This document shows, in pieces, positions 30,233 through 48,400 of a stretch of 64,000 nt of DNA. Numbering within the stretch: position 1 is the first letter of the stretch; each line of letters starts with the position of its first letter. The notes under the pieces are model-generated. The model made no database searches, had not been told where the DNA came from, and was given only the letters and a program-made list of their open reading frames with translations. The DNA is taken from assembly GCF_009914755.1 (NCBI RefSeq), contig NC_060937.1, one strand, 5' to 3'. The translations under genes and the position numbers were made by a program. Source of the stretch: the human T2T-CHM13v2.0 reference genome, Homo sapiens.

Positions 30233-30575
30233 AGTAGTTTATATTTTTATTCCACCAATTCTTATTCTTAAAGGAAAGAAGGATTAAATAAGCCCTAAAT
30301 GTTATATTACATTAGAATCTTTGAATTGCTGCCATAGCTACATAATGGTGTGGAAAGTAGTAAACCCATTTTTCCCAACTTATGGGAAAGTACAAACTAA
30401 AAATGAGTGAATGAATTAATGCATAAATAAGTCATTAGAACTCTGCCATCAGAGTCCTCCAGTCACCTCCCCCAACACATACTCAAAGACAGAACCATCC
30501 CTGAGTGCCTAGGTATTTGGCACTGCCAGAGCCCCTGAGCACCAAATGTGACAGGAAGCGGGGTTACCGTGTTGC

Positions 30576-30893
<318 letters not shown>

Positions 30894-32081
30894 TGTGTTG
30901 CTTATTTTGAGGACACCTGGGCACTTCCAGCCCTGCCTCCTTGGAAGTGGGAGGGATAACTGGCGAGAGAGGTGGGCATGGCTGAGCATGCAGTGGGAGG
31001 CAGAACAAAGCCAGAGTCCCACAGGTAACCTTCTGGCCAGTGCCTGGTTCACGCAGCTTTAAGGTGCTCCAAGAGGACTGGGAGACCCCTCAGGACCACG
31101 GGAGCCTTGGGAGAAAATAAAGTAATGCCTGCCAAGGTGCCAAGCCAGTGTCAAGCAGGTGGGCCCAGGAAGTAACTCAGTCTCAACCTGCTTATGCCAG
31201 GACTCCTGGTGAGCCCACAGCCTGGGAGGGCATACGAGTAGGTCCTGTCCCATAATAGATTACTCAGTCCTGACTCATATAGGGGGCTTATGAGAGAAGG
31301 AATCCTAAGGCCTTCCCAGGTGGCCTGCAGGAGCCTCAAAGTCAGCATTGCAGGGAACACTCATTCCCCCTTCCTGAAGTTTCTTTCCTTCAGGAGGGAG
31401 CTCCACTGGTGCAGTGCTGTGGTTCTCCCACCCCAGCCCACATCTCCGCAGAGCCAGGGTGATGCACCCAGTGGCTATCCTGGCATATGTAGCTCTGCCT
31501 CCTCCTTTTTCCTTCCTCGAGGGTGTGGGCTGCCCACAGGCAGTGTGACTGATTCCCTGCTCCCCGGGGCCCACTCTCTGCCACACAGGATGTTCTCGGT
31601 CCTCTGCAGCCTGATGATAAGTCAGTCTAACTCTATGGCCCAGTATTAAAAGACCATGTGGCTCTTTCACTCACTTCTGTCCTCAACCCAGCCTTTATCA
31701 GAAATGAAGGAAATGTTCTAATTCTCCTCCTGCTGACACTTTTGTCTTATTGTTCAATTGGTTCAGAATTTTGACGGTCAAGAGGTGATGTGATCGAGAT
31801 CCTAAGCAAACACCTCTAAACTAAAACAATCATGTACACTTACCCCCAAATTCTACCTATTGTTCTTCCCTCTATTGTTGGAACACACCTCCCTCTTCCT
31901 AACACACACAGTGAGAAAGGGAATTCTCCAAGATCAGTAAAAAGATTGCCAAGTAGTGCCAAAGCCCAGAGCCTGTCTCTCTGTGGTTACCTCTTTCCAG
32001 ATGCTTTTCTTGCTCCTGCCACTACTCTGTTCTCACCGTCGCCTCTACCCTCTATGAGCGGCTGATTCATCTCTGCTTTTG

Positions 32082-32514
32082 TGTCAGCGTGCAGGCTAAG
32101 CTGCTACGACAGAAAAGACACAAAGCAACAGCAGCTCAAACCAAATGAAGTTTATTTCTCTCTCACCCAACAGCACAGAAAGAGGTAGCCGGGTGGTCCA
32201 AGGCAGGTGGGAAGTGCTCCTCCTCCATGTTCATTCAGAGACCCACGTTGCGTCTGCCCTGTTGCTCTGACATCCTCATCTGCATGGCTGATGCCGGCTC
32301 ACCCTACCATGTTTGAGTTCCAGCATCGGAGATGGAGGAAGAGAGAGTGGAGGGCAGGTGGCTTCCTTTTAAGGGTTAAATGTTGCCTACACCACTTCTG
32401 TTCCATTCGCATGCTAGCTGCAAGTGGGTCTGGGATATGCAGGCTTTAAGAAGTGCCAAAACTCAAAGGAAAAGGAAGAATGGTTGCTGTGAGCCATCAG
32501 CTGTCTCTGCCACA
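32082..32514 (-). mobile_element. MLT1J/K-like MaLR LTR
   Basis: aggctaagctgct...aagtttatttctctctcac...gtctctgccaca. Confidence 0.6.
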
Positions 32515-33688
32515 CCCCTGTGCAACCACATGTGATATCTGCACATCACCCTGCACTGCATTTTTGCATTGCTCTTTATTGCATTTTTGCATCCCCAGGA
32601 CCTAGAACAGTGCCTAACACAGCTGAGTAGTTGAACAGCTGAGTGAATGATGAAGGCCTTTTTCCCCCAGCAAGCCAAATCCCAGACCCAGGTAAGAGTA
32701 AAACAGAACTAACAGAGACAAGACTTGAGGATGCTGTGAAGGTATCACTGTGCACAGTTAACCAGGAAGTCCAGGGTAGGTGGTAGATTGGCAAGAAAAT
32801 CTGACAGTGAGCTGACCGCCCAGGGGCCAGGACTTGGAAGACAGGGGAAGGTAAACCAGATGACAACGACAAGGGGCAGCTCAGGGAGGAGCTGTCATTA
32901 GAGAGGTGGATTTCAGGGCTTGAGAGTTCGGGATGAGGCAATTTTGAGAAAAGTGAGGCCAAAGTATGACCAAGTCCTCAGGGTGGGTGTTGGGGAACAT
33001 GCAGTCATGAGATGGGATTTCTCCTGGCGCTGCTTGGAGAAGCTTCCAGCCGTGAGTATGAGGGGGACTTGAAAGGGTGACACAGTCAGACAGTGTGGAC
33101 TCTGCCAGGGGGAGCGTTGGTTGGTGAGGCGAAGGAGGACAGAGACGCAGATCTAGAAGATGTCTCCCTCTACCCCTGGCCCTGCATACAGGGGAGTGAG
33201 GCGTTTCTTCCCCTGGAGAGGGTGGTGACACAAAGCAGGACAAAGCCAAGCCTCAGTTCCAGCACACAGAGTGGACAGTGTTCCAGGGAGTGGCTGCTTA
33301 TGTGAGGGAATTTGTAACCTTCCAGAAGCTACAGTGCAGTAAGGTAGGAGGTAGGGCCAGGAGGAAATAGGCCCGCACCAAATGCAGGTGTATGAAGAAT
33401 GGACTTAACCATTGTCACAGTGTCTAGTAACTACCGATTCAGAGGACAAAGTCCCAGTTTCAGGGCTCTGCATGGTGATGCCACGGTGCCACAGTGTGAT
33501 GGATTACAGGGATCTGTTAAAATACTTATATGCACTTTCCTATGTTTAAGCTTTTTCTATAAAAAGTATATATTGCTTTTATAGTCAGAAAACAATGCCA
33601 CTTAAATCATTAAATTCTTCCAAGATGGTGGTGCTAGAGAGATTATTTCATTTCTGTGGTCCTTGCTTAGCTGTAAAAGGAGAGTTGG

Positions 33689-33942
33689 AACCAAACACCG
33701 CATGTTCTCACTCATAGGTGGGAATTGAACAATGAGAACACATGAACACAGGAAGGGGAACATCACACACCGGGGACTGTTGTGGGGTGGGGGAAGGGGG
33801 AGGGATAGCATTAGGAGATACACCTAATGCTAAATGACAAGTTAATGGGTGCAGCACACCAACGTGGCACATGTATACATATGTAACAAACCTGCACGTT
33901 GTGCACATGTACCCTAAAACTTAAAGTATAATAATTAAAAAA
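33689..33942 (+). mobile_element. 5'-truncated young L1PA (L1PA3-like) with 14-bp TSD
   Basis: gcattaggagatacacctaatgctaaatgac 3' UTR; TSD AAAAGGAGAGTTGG at 33675-33688 / 33943-33956. Confidence 0.92.
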
Positions 33943-34057
33943 AAAAGGAGAGTTGGCCTCAGAGGTCCCCACTTAATGCATATCATTGTCTTCCTGCTCA
34001 GCTCTCATAGGATTCTTGCCTTCAGTGCACAGGTGGGAACTGGAAAAATAAGGGTCA

Positions 34058-34340
<283 letters not shown>

Positions 34341-35493
34341 TCTCGAAAATAAAATAAAATGTTTAAAAAACAGTCATGATATAGGTCACCAACCAAGAGC
34401 AGAAATTATCATGATTTCAAGTTGCTTTAGCCACAATATTTGCCAGTAGTGTTGCAAGTAGAAATGTCACCTAGTAAAATGGAGCTACCTCGTGGAGATC
34501 TGTGTGATGGGAAAATGCTCTGTGAGGATTCATGGCACGTGCTCAAGGGGCTGCTGAGTTCCTCTTCTCAGGCAGGTCTTTCTTCTCTGTGCTTTGGGCA
34601 CTGTTTGCCCAATAGGCGAGGCATTTATGTGTGCACCAGCGCAGCAGCTTTTCAACCCTGGCCGTCCAGCAGGGTCACAAGGGGAGCCTTTAGAAGCACG
34701 TGTCCGAGCCCCACCACACACCCATCAAACCAAATAAAGTGGATATCCCCAAGAAGAGTGGAGACAGAAATCTCTACATACCAAAACGTGTACTAAGCTT
34801 CTTAACCATAAATGAGAAACATTTTTGTAAATTACAAATATTATTTTTTACGTGATATCTCTGGTTTTCCCTCCTCTCTGTCAAGTGGTTTTAAGTTCTC
34901 AAAATCCCAATGCTTTTATATCTGTGAATGCTTCTTGAATACAGTTTAAAAATGATAGTTTTTATCTATTCTTCAAATATGCATAAGTAATTATATATTA
35001 GATGTATTTATAAAGGTAAATATTAAGTTTCAGCTAACTTTTTAAAACATAATTTTTATCAAAAATGACAAAGATTGAAAGCTTTTATATTTAAAACTAA
35101 GGGATACTCAAAACATTAGATATTTTGCATTTTCCTACCATAAGATGCAAAGTAAGTTGACATATTAGGCCAGCAATATGTTATTTTTATTCAAAAAGAA
35201 GTAACAAAAGTGAGTATCTCTACTGTTTGGAGGAGGGGGGTTCTTTCGAGATAACTGATCAGAGGAGGGTTATACAGAGAATGTTGGATGTTAAAGCCAG
35301 AAAGAACCTTAGAGTTTATCTTGCATTTGTAGAAACTGAGGCCCCGATGCCTACAATTTTTATCTCAGAAATGCCACCGTGTGTGGCATATTTTTCAAGG
35401 CACATAAAAATGGGTTGCTGAAAAATTCTCAATCCATGTATTGTTTTTCAGCTTCAGAAGAATGCTAACACTGACTTTTGTTAAATGCTGTAA

Positions 35494-35827
<334 letters not shown>

Positions 35828-35982
35828 TACATTTCACATTCTTAAAAGCCTTTTGGAAAACTGAGCAACTGGTATTAAGAATGGTTAGATTTGAGAAGAC
35901 TACCCTAAAGACCATATTGTTAAGCATATTGAGCAGATGAAGAGTTACATTTGTAATCAACTAAACCTTTTTATCAATCTCC

Positions 35983-36380
35983 ATGTGAGTCAACAGTGTA
36001 GCCAGCCAGCCAGGAATTAATGCACTTACAGGTGGGGCATAGCATCTGGAAGAGCAGTGGGAGCGCCTGCTCAGAGTTTAGAAGGGGCATCACCAAACCT
36101 GGGTATGTCCAGAGCAGGGCAACTCAAGAGGGCAGAGGATGTTGAAAGTGTATCAGAGGGTTTCAGAGAGACAATGATCAGAACTAGGAGGGTTCGAAGA
36201 CAGAAGACCCAGGGAAACATACGGACCACACTTACATATCTGAAGGTCCATCCAGTGGCTGTGTTTACACAGAAACAGATCATCAGTTGCCAAGAGGATG
36301 GCAGGGCTCTTGCCTTGGCCAGAGCTCCTGAGGTAACTATGAAGACCCTTCCCAACTCCAAGACTCTGATTCTGTGATTC
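35983..36380 (+). mobile_element. CR1/L3 LINE 3' fragment
   Basis: atgtgagtcaacagtgt...gtccagagcagggcaac...cccttcccaactcc...attctgtgattct terminus. Confidence 0.65.
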
Positions 36381-36571
36381 TCACTCCAGGACCTAACCTG
36401 CTGATGATGTTTACAAAATACAAGAAAGAATCCTAGCTATACGAATCTGACAGACATGAGGAAATAATGCTTCGTGTGTGTGTGTGACACACCATTGGGT
36501 GTGTGTATGGGTGACAGAGAGACAGAACAGAGTGGTGGGGAGGGGCATGGAATTTTAAAAGATTAATCTTT

Positions 36572-36912
36572 TAAAAATTTTTTGTGGGTACATAGTAGGT
36601 ATATATATATTTATGGGGTACATGAGATACTTTGATTCAGGCATGCAAAAAGCAGTAATCACATCACGGAAAATGGGGTATCCATCTCCTTCAAGCCTTT
36701 ATCCTTTGTATTACAAACAATCCAGTTATACTCTTCTAGTTATTTTTAAATGTGCAATTAAAAATAGTTACCCTGCTGTGCTATCAAATACTTGGTCTTA
36801 TTCATTCATATTTTTTTTTGTACTCATTAACCAACCCCACTTCCCCACCCACCCACCCGCACTCCCCACACCCCTTCCCAGCCTCTGGTAACCATCCTTC
36901 TATTCTCTATCT
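36572..36912 (-). mobile_element. L1MA 3' end
   Basis: tgggtacatagtagg...ggggtacatgagata...cccagcctctggtaaccatccttctattctct. Confidence 0.88.
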
Positions 36913-37180
36913 TACAAGCATATAGTTCCCAGGAAGGGTAGCTACTCTGTGCCCCACCCCACGCTGGGAACTCTGAGGGCTTCAAACACAGTCCCAACCT
37001 CAATGTCTGTCTCATCTATCTGGTTATAGAGACAAGACTAACAACCCTGCGATGGTCAGAGACACCAGGAGACCTCGGGAACTCTGTCCTTGTGGTCCTC
37101 ATCCCTTCATTCTCCTCCTGAGCCCTTACTCTCCTTTCCTTAAAAAAAAAAAAATCACTATATACAATTCACCCATCTTA

Positions 37181-37669
<489 letters not shown>

Positions 37670-38232
37670 TTACATATGCATATGAAAAAAGGCAGAAAAC
37701 CGTATTCCCTACTGCCTTCTTAGTTAAACAGTACCAAGGTAGTGTTTGTTGCCCAAACATATTAAATATGGCTTATGAAGTCAGCTTACACACAGTCCAG
37801 ATTTACATCCTTTTAAAATCATTTCTCTCACCTAAACCATAACAGCAGCAGATGGACAGAGGAAGAAATGGAATGTGGTCACATTCCATACTAATATTAT
37901 GAAGTACTTTCACACTGCAATGAGTAAAGGACCATCTGCAACCTATAGCCTGTGTTTCTGCTGAGAAACTGATTCCGGACTTAAGGTTTCTAATTTGGAA
38001 CAAAAGCACTGAGCAGGTTGCTCTTTGTAATTTTTTATCGAGAGGTGGAGAGCATACTAGGCCTACCTGGATTCCTGAAGAATTCAGCAACCTGAAGAGC
38101 ACGGCGCACGGAGGAAAGTAGACTCTAGATCTTTAAGATCTGATTTCATACAAAATGAGAGGTCTAAAACTAGATGCCATAGGAGAGAAAAAGTAATACG
38201 TTTTCCTCACACATCTTAAGGTTCGTGACTGA

Positions 38233-38599
<367 letters not shown>

Positions 38600-38602
38600 T
38601 AA

Positions 38603-39070
<468 letters not shown>

Positions 39071-39647
39071 TGAGGGGGCATGATCTAGCAGTAATAAACC
39101 GAGGGGAATTTGGCAAGGCCTGTTTGTTCAGGTTCTTCTTGGCATCTCTGTGTCTTCAAGGATAAGGATGTTCCTTTCCTTTAGGGATAGAGAGGGCACC
39201 TCTGGAATGAAAGTTTTTGACTGCTTTGGGGAGAAGGGTGGGGGAAAGGTGAGAGAAAGACCTTCCTGCTTCTGCTGTTTTCTCAAATGTACATTTTGGG
39301 TAGTGTGTCCTGAACCCCATCAATGAACAGGCTGCCTCTCGTTGTCTGTGAGTTGATTTGCCCCCTCTGGGACTCTCTCCTGGTGCCAAAAGACTAGCTT
39401 CCTGTTCTTTCCTTTTGGTCAGGCACTAGGGACACAAGAGCTATAAATAAGCTACCTTCCCAGTCCTCAATGTGGTCAGAGTGCTGGTGTAAGGACATCT
39501 GGTTACTGAAAACAGGGCCAACCTAATACGAACTCAGAACCAACCCCAAGTGGGTGTGCACAGGAAATGGGAGTTTAAATCTGTACAGCCCTTTTTTTTA
39601 AAAAAAAAAAGCAATTTTAGTTTACATGTTAAAATAGGGATATATTA

Positions 39648-39806
39648 GCCAGACCATGTGGTGTCAGCCTGTGGTCCCAGCTACTCTGGAGGCTGTAGCA
39701 GGAGGATCCCTCGAGCCCAGGAGTTTGAGGCAGCAGCAAGCTGTCATGGTGCTTATAAATAGCCGCTACCCTCCAGTCTGGGCAACATAGCAAAACCCTA
39801 TCCCTT
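39648..39806 (+). mobile_element. FAM (fossil Alu monomer)
   Basis: Monomer retaining the 7SL-like 'aatagccgctaccctccag...gggcaacatag' segment. Confidence 0.75.
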
Positions 39807-39839
39807 TGCGGGGGGAAAAAAAGGCATTTTTTTTTAACC

Positions 39840-39990
39840 TAACATTTATTAACCACTTACGTTATATGATTTCAATACTCACCAACCCTTGAGTCAAGCA
39901 CTATTCTTATCCCCATCTTTCACATGAGGAAACTGAGGCACAGTGAGGTTAAGAGACTGTCCCTGTCTCGTACACAGGCAGCCATCAGCA
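39840..39990 (-). mobile_element. MIR SINE
   Basis: ctattcttatccccatctttcacatgaggaaactgaggcacagtgaggttaag. Confidence 0.85.
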
Positions 39991-40229
39991 CAGTGAGGAC
40001 TTGAAGCAGGATGGCTTGCAGGAGGCTGTGAGAGTTGGAGCCTCATGGTCATTCCTTTGGAGCCTCAGTGAGCAGGTAATTTGGCCTGGCATTTCCACTT
40101 CCAGGATTTGTCCTAAGGGATCAGTCAGACAAAAGGACTCTAAGATGAATGTTCTGGGATATTTGTTGCAGCTAGGTTTATCATCTTTCGGGAATCAGGG
40201 CAACTGTCACATCCCCAAAGAAGCTGTCT

Positions 40230-40799
<570 letters not shown>

Positions 40800-42959
40800 T
40801 AAATCTTACTCCATAGGGAATTGGCCTATCCATGCAATAGAATACTTGGAAGTCATTACAAATGATTGTGCGGATCATGTCGAGCATAAACAGATACCCT
40901 GCCTGTGGCTGAGTAAAAAAGGCCGGTGACAGAATGCATGTGCAGTGTGGTTGCCGTACTGGCCGGGGCTGCTGGCAGCTAACCACAGAATTTCGTTTAC
41001 TGAGTGTAAGCAGAAAACAAAACAGTTTATTACAGGCTATCGGGTAACTCACCGACCCTCGAGGGTGTAAGGAAGGGTTCTGCAGACAAATGCAAGATTG
41101 GGAGCCCAAGATGGGAGTTCTGCCTCACCTCAAGTGCTGCCTAGTTGTCTGGATTCCAGAGAAGTCTCCTAACCTCTCTGTTCTTCAGGCAGATGTGGAT
41201 AATAAAATCTGTGCTGTCCACACTGCAGGACTGTTGTGAGGGCAAATGAGATCACAGGCATGAAAGCCCTTTGAAAAGTTAGAAGAGGACTGTGTATATA
41301 TTGACATCATCGTTATCAGGTGATTTTGAACGTTGGAACACATGTATTTTGTCCCCAAGCCCCTGGTGTTGGCACACCATTGGGACACCATTGGTCCTCT
41401 CTGTTAGCTGCCTGCACATCACTCAGTGTTAAGATCCCCCTGGCAGTGGTCTGGATAAAAAGGCCGGTGATTCTGGCAGTCGTGTTTGCTAAGCTTGTCC
41501 TCAAATCATCTTCGGTGTCCTCTTGTGACTTCAGTCACTCTCCCTGTGGGGTGACCTGTGTCTCAGCTTCGGGCCTGCCCTTCTCTTGAGGCACACTAAT
41601 CTTGCCATCTTCGAAAACAGGCTGTTCTCATCTCGGGTCTACACTGTGGCAGCCACAAAGCTCGGCTTTTTCCCTGAAAGTCTTCCCCATAGCCTGAGAG
41701 CTGACACCTAGCGCGTGGGCATTCAAAGTCACTGTCAACCAGGGCTTCATGCATGGTTCAAGCCATTGACTAGGTATCAAAGACCGGATTCAATGAGGTT
41801 TTAAATTTCCGTACAATTCCATTTTTTCCATCCTCTTTTTATGTTTTTTAAAAATCCTTCATTGCCTACCTACCATCAGAGGAAAACAGCGTTGTGATAT
41901 GATGGGGGATTTTAACCAGGTACTAATATTGTGAAGGAGAACGTTAGTGGTCCTGAAACTAGGCATATGTTGTAAGGTGGGGTGATTTTCCCACTTCCTG
42001 TATGTCCAGAGGCCCTTCCTGGCAGAACTTCCAGCCCAGGAGACTTTCATCTTCATCTCGCATGAAGGATACAATTTCGTTTTGACGCACGGTTTAGAGA
42101 AGCCGTTGAACGTCCACACAATCTGTTATGCTAAATCACACCTGGTGTCTGCACAGAGAAGGCTCTGGCAAGAGTTTTTGCCACTGGGACCAAGGCCTCT
42201 GACTCAGAAGCCAAAACATGGCAGTGTTGCAGGGCGCCTGGCTCAACGGCACGGGAAATTAACCTGCTTGTTCTCACGTTAAATGCTTTATGAAAATTCA
42301 CCGGGCGCAAAAAGAGGGAAGAAAACCCAAGTGGTTGTGCAGTGCGCCTGCCTGGCACCAGTGAAGGCATGAAGCTGCGGAAAAAGTCAATGTGAAGAGC
42401 TGGCAGGAGGAGAAGGTGGAAAGCGCGATGGAAATCAAATGCGGTGCCAGCCACGGCATTGTTTTATTAGCATTTGCTCGAGGAAAACATTTAATTATAG
42501 AAGATCGGAAGCTCCCAGTGTTTGTGAGCTAGGTGACATGACGCAGGCTCTGCCACTTGCTCCACGATACACATCTTCAGAGGAACTGTGGCACACCGCG
42601 ACAGGCTGCGAAGAGAAGCCACCTCCCGGGGGGCTGGTCCTTGCTGGGGGGCCCTTAGCTGTAACAGCCTCTGTTCTCCAGCGATCCTCAGTCTGCCTTT
42701 TTTAAAAAATTAAGTGTCCTGCTGGCCGTCCTTCTTCTCCTTCGTTTTCTGGTTTTTCCACATTATATTTTTCTTTTCCTTGTTGATTTTGGAAGAAAAT
42801 AAAATTGACAAAGAATAGGATGGAAAAGTACTACCCTTAAAAATGCTTATATATTTGCCACCTAAAAAAAAAAAAACAAAGCCATTTTTCAGTTATAGTT
42901 TTCTTTGGGAAATAATTAGGAAGCAAAACAACCAAGAATAAAAAAAAATAAATGGGGGA

Positions 42960-43060
42960 GCATGAGGCTGTAGTGAACTCTGTTTGTGCCTGTGAATAGC
43001 CACTGCACTCCAGCCTGGGCCAGCAGAGCAAGACCCTGTCTCTACAAAATACATAAGTAA
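42960..43060 (+). mobile_element. FAM/7SL-derived monomer 3' fragment
   Basis: gcctgtgaatagccactgcactccagcctgggc...gaccctgtctc. Confidence 0.75.
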
Positions 43061-43181
43061 AATAAATGATCTAAAGGACTCAGTATATATTTAAGCAACA
43101 GAAATGAAAACATGCAAAGGTGGAACCAACATTACGAATGTTGATGGATATTACCAATATTACCAAATATTGTGTGGAGAT

Positions 43182-43275
43182 TTTTTTTTTTTTTTTTTTT
43201 TTTTGAGACGGGGTCTTACTCTGTCACCCAGGCTGGAGTGCAGTGTCATGATCTCAGCTCACTGCAAGCTCCGCC
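43182..43275 (-). mobile_element. Severely 5'-truncated AluY-like insertion with TSD
   Basis: Poly-T plus ~70 nt of right arm ending ctgcaagctccgcc; TSD TGTGTGGAGAT at 43171-43181 / 43276-43286. Confidence 0.88.
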
Positions 43276-45690
43276 TGTGTGGAGATATTTTTTATTCCTT
43301 TTTGTTTTAAAGCCCTGTCTACTTTAAAAATAGTTTGTGAAAATAATGATGCAGTATCACGTACCTGCAGGAAGTATTTCTTTGTGTTCCATTCCTGCCA
43401 TCACATAGCTGATTGTATTACCTGATTTCTTCATTCGTGTCTGCCAGGAAGACTAATTAATGTGCTGCTGAATATAAAGAATCCTTGTTTGGGATGCTGC
43501 CCTGCCACACAAGGCAGTGCTTCCTCCAGAAGACAAGAAGTCAAGGACTGGCTTCTGCCGCTGGCTGAAATTAGCATTGGCTCAGTTTGTTTAGTTGCAA
43601 GGCTATGTGTGTCTTGTCATTAGACATTTATACTTCTGTGGATAAACTTTATAATCTACTTATGGAGACAAGATTCTTTATGTCAGCACCTTAGAGAAGT
43701 GTTGTAGAAGCAGTTGGCATGCAGACAGGAGTCTCCTACAGCAACGTGGGCACAGCTGAGTCGGTCTTAACCCACCTTAGGGCATCCTCATACCTGCCCA
43801 ACTCATACCTGCAGAAATTGATGATGGGCAGGGAAATAAGTGTTTTCCTCCACAGAAATGAAAAAAAGTTTGCTTTTTTTTAACAAATTGGTTTTTGATA
43901 TCTGTGTGAAGGGGACAGTTTGGATCGGCTTCCAGTAATGTGTATCAGGTCAGCTGGAGAACTAGAGGGAGTCACTGGCTGAAAGATGTTGTGAACATCA
44001 CTCTAAACTGCTCGGGCCAGGGACAGGTGACACGTCTGTTATCTGATGTGTATCTGGAACCATGGTAAGGCTGCCCCATTAAATTATGAGCCAATCACTC
44101 TTGATTTACCGTTAAAAAGAGTGAAAGGCTGGCGGACCCTGCCCTGCACAGGTAATTCATGGCACCTTTGGAAAAAGGCACGTTTTCATCCTCATAATGA
44201 AGAAAGCTAGGTACGAGGTCCTTTGATGACACTGTTCCCTTTTGCTTGTTTACTTTTATTCTCCCACGCAGACTGAGACCCAGCAGGAGGCTTTTAAACC
44301 AAAACAGTTAATTACCTCCTCTAACCCGCAGAAGTGGGGAAACATAAATATAGCGAGTTAAGAGGGAGAGAGCAGCTTTGCTCCTGACTGTACTTTGTAC
44401 CAGTCGGTTGGGGAAGGCAGCTACCTTCTCTTTCCTCACTGAGCCCGGGCTAAGCGAGACCAATTAGAAGGCACGTGCCAGGGAGTGGGTCCACATGCTA
44501 CCATACTGTTGGGCTTCCAGAATTCTTTCAGTGCTCTGGAGAGGAGCCCACCTGAGAAACCCACGTACAGATACCCATTCCAAAGACAACATTGAGTAGC
44601 TTTGGGGCTCTGGACCCTCCTTCGAAGGAAGGAACTCTTGGGCAGGTGGAGTGAGCAGGGACCCCCAACTTGAGGATGGATCCTCCCGAAGGCAGGCAGG
44701 GCTGCAGGGCAGCTTCTCAGAGATACTTCTCAACTGAGCTGTGAGTCATGACCTGTCACCACCATGGTCCTTTCTCCCCAATGGAACGGAGCGTCATTCC
44801 TTGTGTCTCCAAGCCCTGGGCTGCCCCTGCCCTTCAGGGCTCTCCATTGTCTGCCTGTCTGTCTGTCTGCCTGTCTGTCTGTCTCCTGGTTCAAGCTCCC
44901 TCCCTCCATAGCCTCATATGTACAAATCATCACCTTGCTGTGTTCCCTCACTGTTCCTGCCGCTGCCCTGCTGCTGTCCTTTGCCCATTTCTGGCTCTCT
45001 CACCTCCTCTGCACTTACTGAAATCCTGTTCAGTCTTCAGAGGCCACCCGAGTCCCAGACTCCCCTCCTCCAACCCCCTTCTCAGCTTGAGGTGCCGTCC
45101 CCTGCTTCTAAGTCCCAAGGGCCCCAGGATCTGTTCCACTGACTCCAACTGTTACTTCACTTCTCATTATATGGGGCTTTCATCGCCACAACTGGATGAT
45201 AAATTCCCAGACTTCAACAGGGAGTGATTTATGGATCTTTTCCCTATGTCCCACACCTGTCCCCAGCACCTGGTGCAGTGGATTGCATTTAATTAATCCC
45301 TCTGGATAAAAAGTTTTAAATGTACCAGACCAGCATCATCAGGCAGAATCTGGGCATGGTATTCAGGAAGTTTTCTCTTGGGAATCACAAACATTCTTTA
45401 AAAAAGGGCACATCCCCTGTTACCTAAATGCCTTCAAGTATCTGGATGTTTGGCCATAAGTACATAAAACAACCAGATGAGTGATTGTGTTTTTCAGTTT
45501 TCCTCTGGATCCTTCTGCCACCTATTCCCTGGGACCCCTCGGAGACAGTGGGCACCACTCCCCATTCCTCTGCCCACAGATTGTCCCGGCTCCCTGTGCC
45601 CCTTGCTGCCCTGCTAGAAACCAGAAATTCTAACTTTGCCCCTCTGAGGCTGTGAAAACACAGAGTAAAAGTGGGAAGAGCCATGAGCTA

Positions 45691-46110
<420 letters not shown>

Positions 46111-46126
46111 TTAAAAGTTGTGTGTA

Positions 46127-46417
46127 GCCGAGTGTGGTGGTGCATGTCTGTAGTCCCAGTTAGTCGGGAGGCCGTGGTGGGAGGATTGCTTGAGCCCAGG
46201 AGTTTAAGACCAGCCTGGGCAACATAGTGAGACACTGTATCTACAAAAAATACAAATAATTATCTGGGTATGGTGGTGCATGCCTGTAGTCACAGCTACT
46301 CAGGAGGCCAAGGCGAGCGGATTGCTGGGGCCTAGGAGTTCGAGGCAGCAGTGAGCCATGATCCTGCCACTGCACTCCAGCCTGGCTGACACAGCAAGAC
46401 CCTGTCTCTTAAAAAAA
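46127..46417 (+). mobile_element. AluJ
   Basis: J-type dimer. Confidence 0.9.
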
Positions 46418-46854
46418 GTCTGTGCAAAGTGTACGTCAAAGCCACACTACTGAATCATAAAACATCGGCAGTGCCCGCCCACCAAGGGCATCTTCTCAGC
46501 ACCAGCTCCACATTGTCCTATGAGTTTGAGTCAGAGGTGCCTCAGAGGCCCATAAGGATGCCTGTCAAGGTCTTCGCAGAAATACCAAAGGCCTGGCACA
46601 TATAGTTAAGGAAAATCCACCAGGAGGAGATGGAAAAAGGGCAAGGTAAAGAGGAGGAAGAGAGGGGAAGGTGACGGATAGGGCTATGGCAGCAGAGAGC
46701 CAGCACCAGCCAGTTGCCAGTCAGGGCCAGGGCAAGGCAGCCAAGGAGGCAGACAGAAGTAAGCCCCTTCTTTCCACTGGAGTTTTCTCTTTCCTGGGAA
46801 TTTCATTGTATTTTGTTGAAAAATAAGGTGTGAAAATACAAAACAAAAATATCA

Positions 46855-48399
<1,545 letters not shown>

Positions 48400-48400
<1 letters not shown>

